In this document: one piece after another, positions 50,349-54,544 of the stretch
Layout of the letters: every line of letters begins with the position of its first letter
Numbering within the stretch: the stretch's first letter is position 1
Notes under the pieces: model-generated
Database searches by the model: none
The model's input: the letters and a program-made list of their open reading frames with translations, nothing else
What the model was told of the DNA's origin: nothing
Position numbers and translations under genes: made by a program
Source of the DNA: Desulfovibrio sp. Dsv1
Lineage (GTDB): Bacteria > Desulfobacterota > Desulfovibrionia > Desulfovibrionales > Desulfovibrionaceae
Direction of reading: 5' to 3'
Length of the DNA stretch: 54,544 nucleotides
Assembly (NCBI GenBank): GCA_000403945.1
Contig: APFI01000050.1
Location: 1 to 54,544 of the forward strand

Positions 50349-51167
50349 TTACTCATCAAATGTTATGAGGTAGCCGTTGCTTTCTACCCATGATCCGCCG
50401 TTCACGCACTGTTCGCCGAACTCCAGCAGTTCGGGCGAAACATGCCGTAACTTCTTGTAATACGTGGCCACAAAACGGCTGATAAAATCTTTGAGCGCCG
50501 GATAATCAGACTTTTTAAAAAAGCTGCACAGGTTCTTGTTGGGCATGACGGCATACAGCGGCCAGCCGAAATGCGGGCTTGCCCAGGCTTTGAAGGATGG
50601 GGCCAGCAGCAGGGCCGCCTTGAGCGAGGCGTCGCTGACAAGAAAAGAACCCAGCGCGCAGCCCTCGACTCTGTCGATCTCCAGTTCCGTTTTCGCCAGC
50701 AGCCGGTCGCCGTTCTCCATGACCCGTCGGTTAACCTCTTCCTCGTTCACGCCCCACTCGTCGAGCATGGCCTGCGTGATCCAGATATTGCTGCCGGGCG
50801 TATCCAGAATGTAATGGCGCAAACAGTAGCCCGTCACCTCCCTGGCGAAAGGCGGATCACATTTTGTAAGTGCGGGGTACAGGGAATAATAGATGCTCTC
50901 GCGGGCGCTTTCCCACGCGATTGAATCATGGGAAGCCAGAGAGGCCACGATGGTATTCACGAAATGATTGACCGCATTTTCGTCGCGTGTTTCGTAATAA
51001 TGCTCCACCAAGTGAATAAGGCTGATCAGCGCGGTTTGGCCCTCGGCGTTTTGAACCACCAACTCGCCGCTTTCGGGGCGCGTCTCGCTCACCGTGATGC
51101 CCCGCGCTTGAAAAAGCGCCAGAGTCTCGTTCAGGATCTTGTCGCCGATCTGGCTGAATTCGCTCAT
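50349..51167 (-). CDS. Hypothetical protein (possibly DUF1444-like)
   Basis: Clean 272-aa lower-GC ORF; WITQAMLDEWGV, AALLL, YAVMP. Confidence 0.65.
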   Translation of the reverse strand: MSEFSQIGDKILNETLALFQARGITVSETRPESGELVVQNAEGQTALISLIHLVEHYYETRDENAVNHFVNTIVASLASHDSIAWESARESIYYSLYPALTKCDPPFAREVTGYCLRHYILDTPGSNIWITQAMLDEWGVNEEEVNRRVMENGDRLLAKTELEIDRVEGCALGSFLVSDASLKAALLLAPSFKAWASPHFGWPLYAVMPNKNLCSFFKKSDYPALKDFISRFVATYYKKLRHVSPELLEFGEQCVNGGSWVESNGYLITFDE

Positions 51168-51343
51168 GCCGGTTTCTCTTGGTTAAAGAATGACTGCCTG
51201 ATTCAAAAAACGCCAATTCAGAGCCGACTCCAATAGGCTGCCCGGGTATGTTGCATTGTCCCCGGCGGCGGGGAGTATAAAATGGGCGAAGATGTCCCGG
51301 ACATGCCGCAAGGCCGGTTTCTGCTTTGTGCTTTGCTGCCTGA

Positions 51344-52678
<1,335 letters not shown>

Positions 52679-52856
52679 AGGGAGCCAGCGGAAAAGAGCA
52701 ATCATGTTCTCATACTGTGGTTTTATCAATGAGAGAGGTTGTTATGTCAGGGGGATTAGATGACACGGTGGAATTGGGGACGACGGGGCCGGCTGCTGAT
52801 TCTCAAGAAGAAATATTGCGCCTGGGCCCTCTTGAGCTTTTGGAATATTATGATTT

Positions 52857-53490
52857 GGGGCTGTCCTGGCCAGGGTTAGCGTCCAGCCCGCCCAACCCGA
52901 TAAATCAACCGTGTCAGCGGCTTGTTGTGGTCGCCTCCATTGAGGCGCCGTTCACACTCCTTCAGGAACCAGTGGAAGTGATCCGGCCTGATTCCGTTGC
53001 ATCGGCGCGGGCGCCTCTTGGCCTGTCCAAAAGTTTTCCATCCCGTTGTCATGATTGCCCCGCAATGCAAAAACCCTGAGTGACTCAAGCGATGATGAAA
53101 CGCGCCGACATCTGATGCATTGCATGCCGTGAATCTATCTGTGTATACAATGCCGTCCGGTTCAACCCGCTCCCCGGTGACAGACATCAATGTCCCGGTT
53201 TGGGCATCGGGAATCACCGCGATATAAACCTTGCCGCGGCGTTTCGACGGACCAGATACGGCGATTTTTCCATCCGTGCCTCTTCCCCGCCCGCCTTTAC
53301 GGACTCTACCGGAACAGCTTTCGTCCGCTTCTGTCTCACCTGAAAGACGATAATCTGGCAGATGGGATGCCATCAATCGCCGCAGCCGCATGAAACATGT
53401 TGCGGCGGTATTTCGTTGTCGCAAGCTTAACCCGCTTCGTCTTTCGTACATAAGCTATCCTGGCCTATTCGGCCTGGCTGGGGCAGCCCC
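52857..53490 (-). mobile_element. IS1595-family (IS1016-like) element with decayed transposase
   Basis: IRs GGGGCTGTCCTGGCCAGG / GGGGCTGCCCCAGCCAGG (15/18); EADES, RGRG..GK, IVYTD, F.WFLKECE. Confidence 0.85.
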
Positions 53491-54325
53491 AAAAACTTTT
53501 GAGGTCCACCCTGCCGTGGCGTATATACGAGAACAACACGGCCACTCGGAGCAGCGGGCCCGCGCTTTATCGCGCATGAACCGACGCGCGCCGACGGCCC
53601 TCACCCGGGGACGCTGATGCGGCGCAGCGTTTACGAATGCGGGAGTTGGCGAAAATCCGCCGTCGCTTCGGGCATGGCCCGGCCGCATGTCCTGCTCCGT
53701 CGGGAGGGGCTTGTGGCTAACCATACACGCGCGGAACGGGCGCGCCGGGAAGAAAAACTTTCGTTGCGCTTGAAAAACGCGTCAGGCGTCCCAGCCATTC
53801 GCGTGTGGCGCGGCCTGGCCCAAAGCGCCCTGACGAGCGGTGGGCTATGGATTTCATGAGTGACGCGCTTGTGAACGGTCGCCGCATCCGAGCGCTGACC
53901 ATTGTGGATTTATGGGACCGAACCAGTCCGGCCCTGGAGAGCGAGATCTCCCTCACAGGCCGACGGTGGCGCGCGCTCGAACGACTCCGGCCGCAAGGAC
54001 GAATGCCGCAATTTACCGGTAAAGCCCTGGACGCATGAACATGGCGCGCGGCTTGAGTTTACCCGTCCTGGCAAGCCGACGGACAATGGACGCATTGAGA
54101 GCTTTACCGGCAGACTCCGCGATGACTGTTTGAACCAGAACGCTTTTTTGTCACTGGCTGACGCCAGGGACAGCCTTGAACATTGGAGACTGGATTACAA
54201 CCGGGGACGTCCGCATGGCTCACTGAACCGGATGACCCCGGAAGGATGCCGTGAAAAGAATAAACCCTTTTACCCGGCAGGAAATGCTAACCTAAACATA
54301 GCATCCCCCTGACGGGGTAGGGTCA
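53491..54325 (+). mobile_element. IS3-family (IS407-like) remnant: frameshifted orfB and right end
   Basis: WAMDFMSD, LTIVD, PGKPTDNGRIESF.GRLRD.CLN, DYN..RPHGSL; ends GGGGTAGGGTCA. Confidence 0.85.
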
Positions 54326-54544
54326 GCCTCCTTGGGACTTCTCGGTCTCTGCTTCCACTGGATCGAGCGAGACAGCAGATCCAAGCTTCGGGTTATCCAC
54401 CACATCGTGATCTCGATGTCGATGATGCCGAGATGGCATCGACGGTGGCTGTGGTTCGGGTAATGACGATTTTGTCCTGTTTTAGGCTCAGGACTCATTA
54501 ATTAAGATGGAAAATAACAATAACTGCGATGCAAATGGCCGAAA

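Noticed and set aside
54326..54544. Minus-strand 68-aa ORF at the window end
   Set aside because: Runs into the IS3 end, no recognisable motif, context cut off

Overview
Desulfovibrio-like chromosome segment in two halves. Bases 1-25,371 are one end of an integrative conjugative element sitting at the 3' end of an initiator tRNA-Met (25372-25448, minus). It carries a type IVb pilus tail (pilM, pilV, lytic transglycosylase), a PemK/MazF toxin-antitoxin pair, an IncP-like trb T4SS (trbE-J-L-F-G-I), traG-traF-traD-traC and a topoisomerase. Several AT-rich cargo slots are interspersed. A terminal defence-like block holds a 5'-truncated hsdM, an hsdS with an extra C-terminal tail, an IrrE/ImmA metallopeptidase and two small proteins. 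No integrase, relaxase, trbB/C/D or hsdR is in the window. Bases 25,372-54,544 are core genome: CNNM/CBS protein, ccmEFABCD(I), a degenerate hybrid sensor kinase, tetraheme cytochrome c3, cobJ, cbiG, hemL, ahbB, RRM protein, dnaB-rplI-rpsR-rpsF, alr and tgt. Heavily decayed pseudogenes and IS remnants suggest genome erosion. The best novel-system candidate is the HsdS-tail / IrrE-type protease pair, which could be a proteolytically controlled type I R-M module. Next are a duplicated trbL-trbF cargo cassette and a swapped trbJ-X-trbL exclusion-like segment. All calls come from motif reading; no database searches were run.
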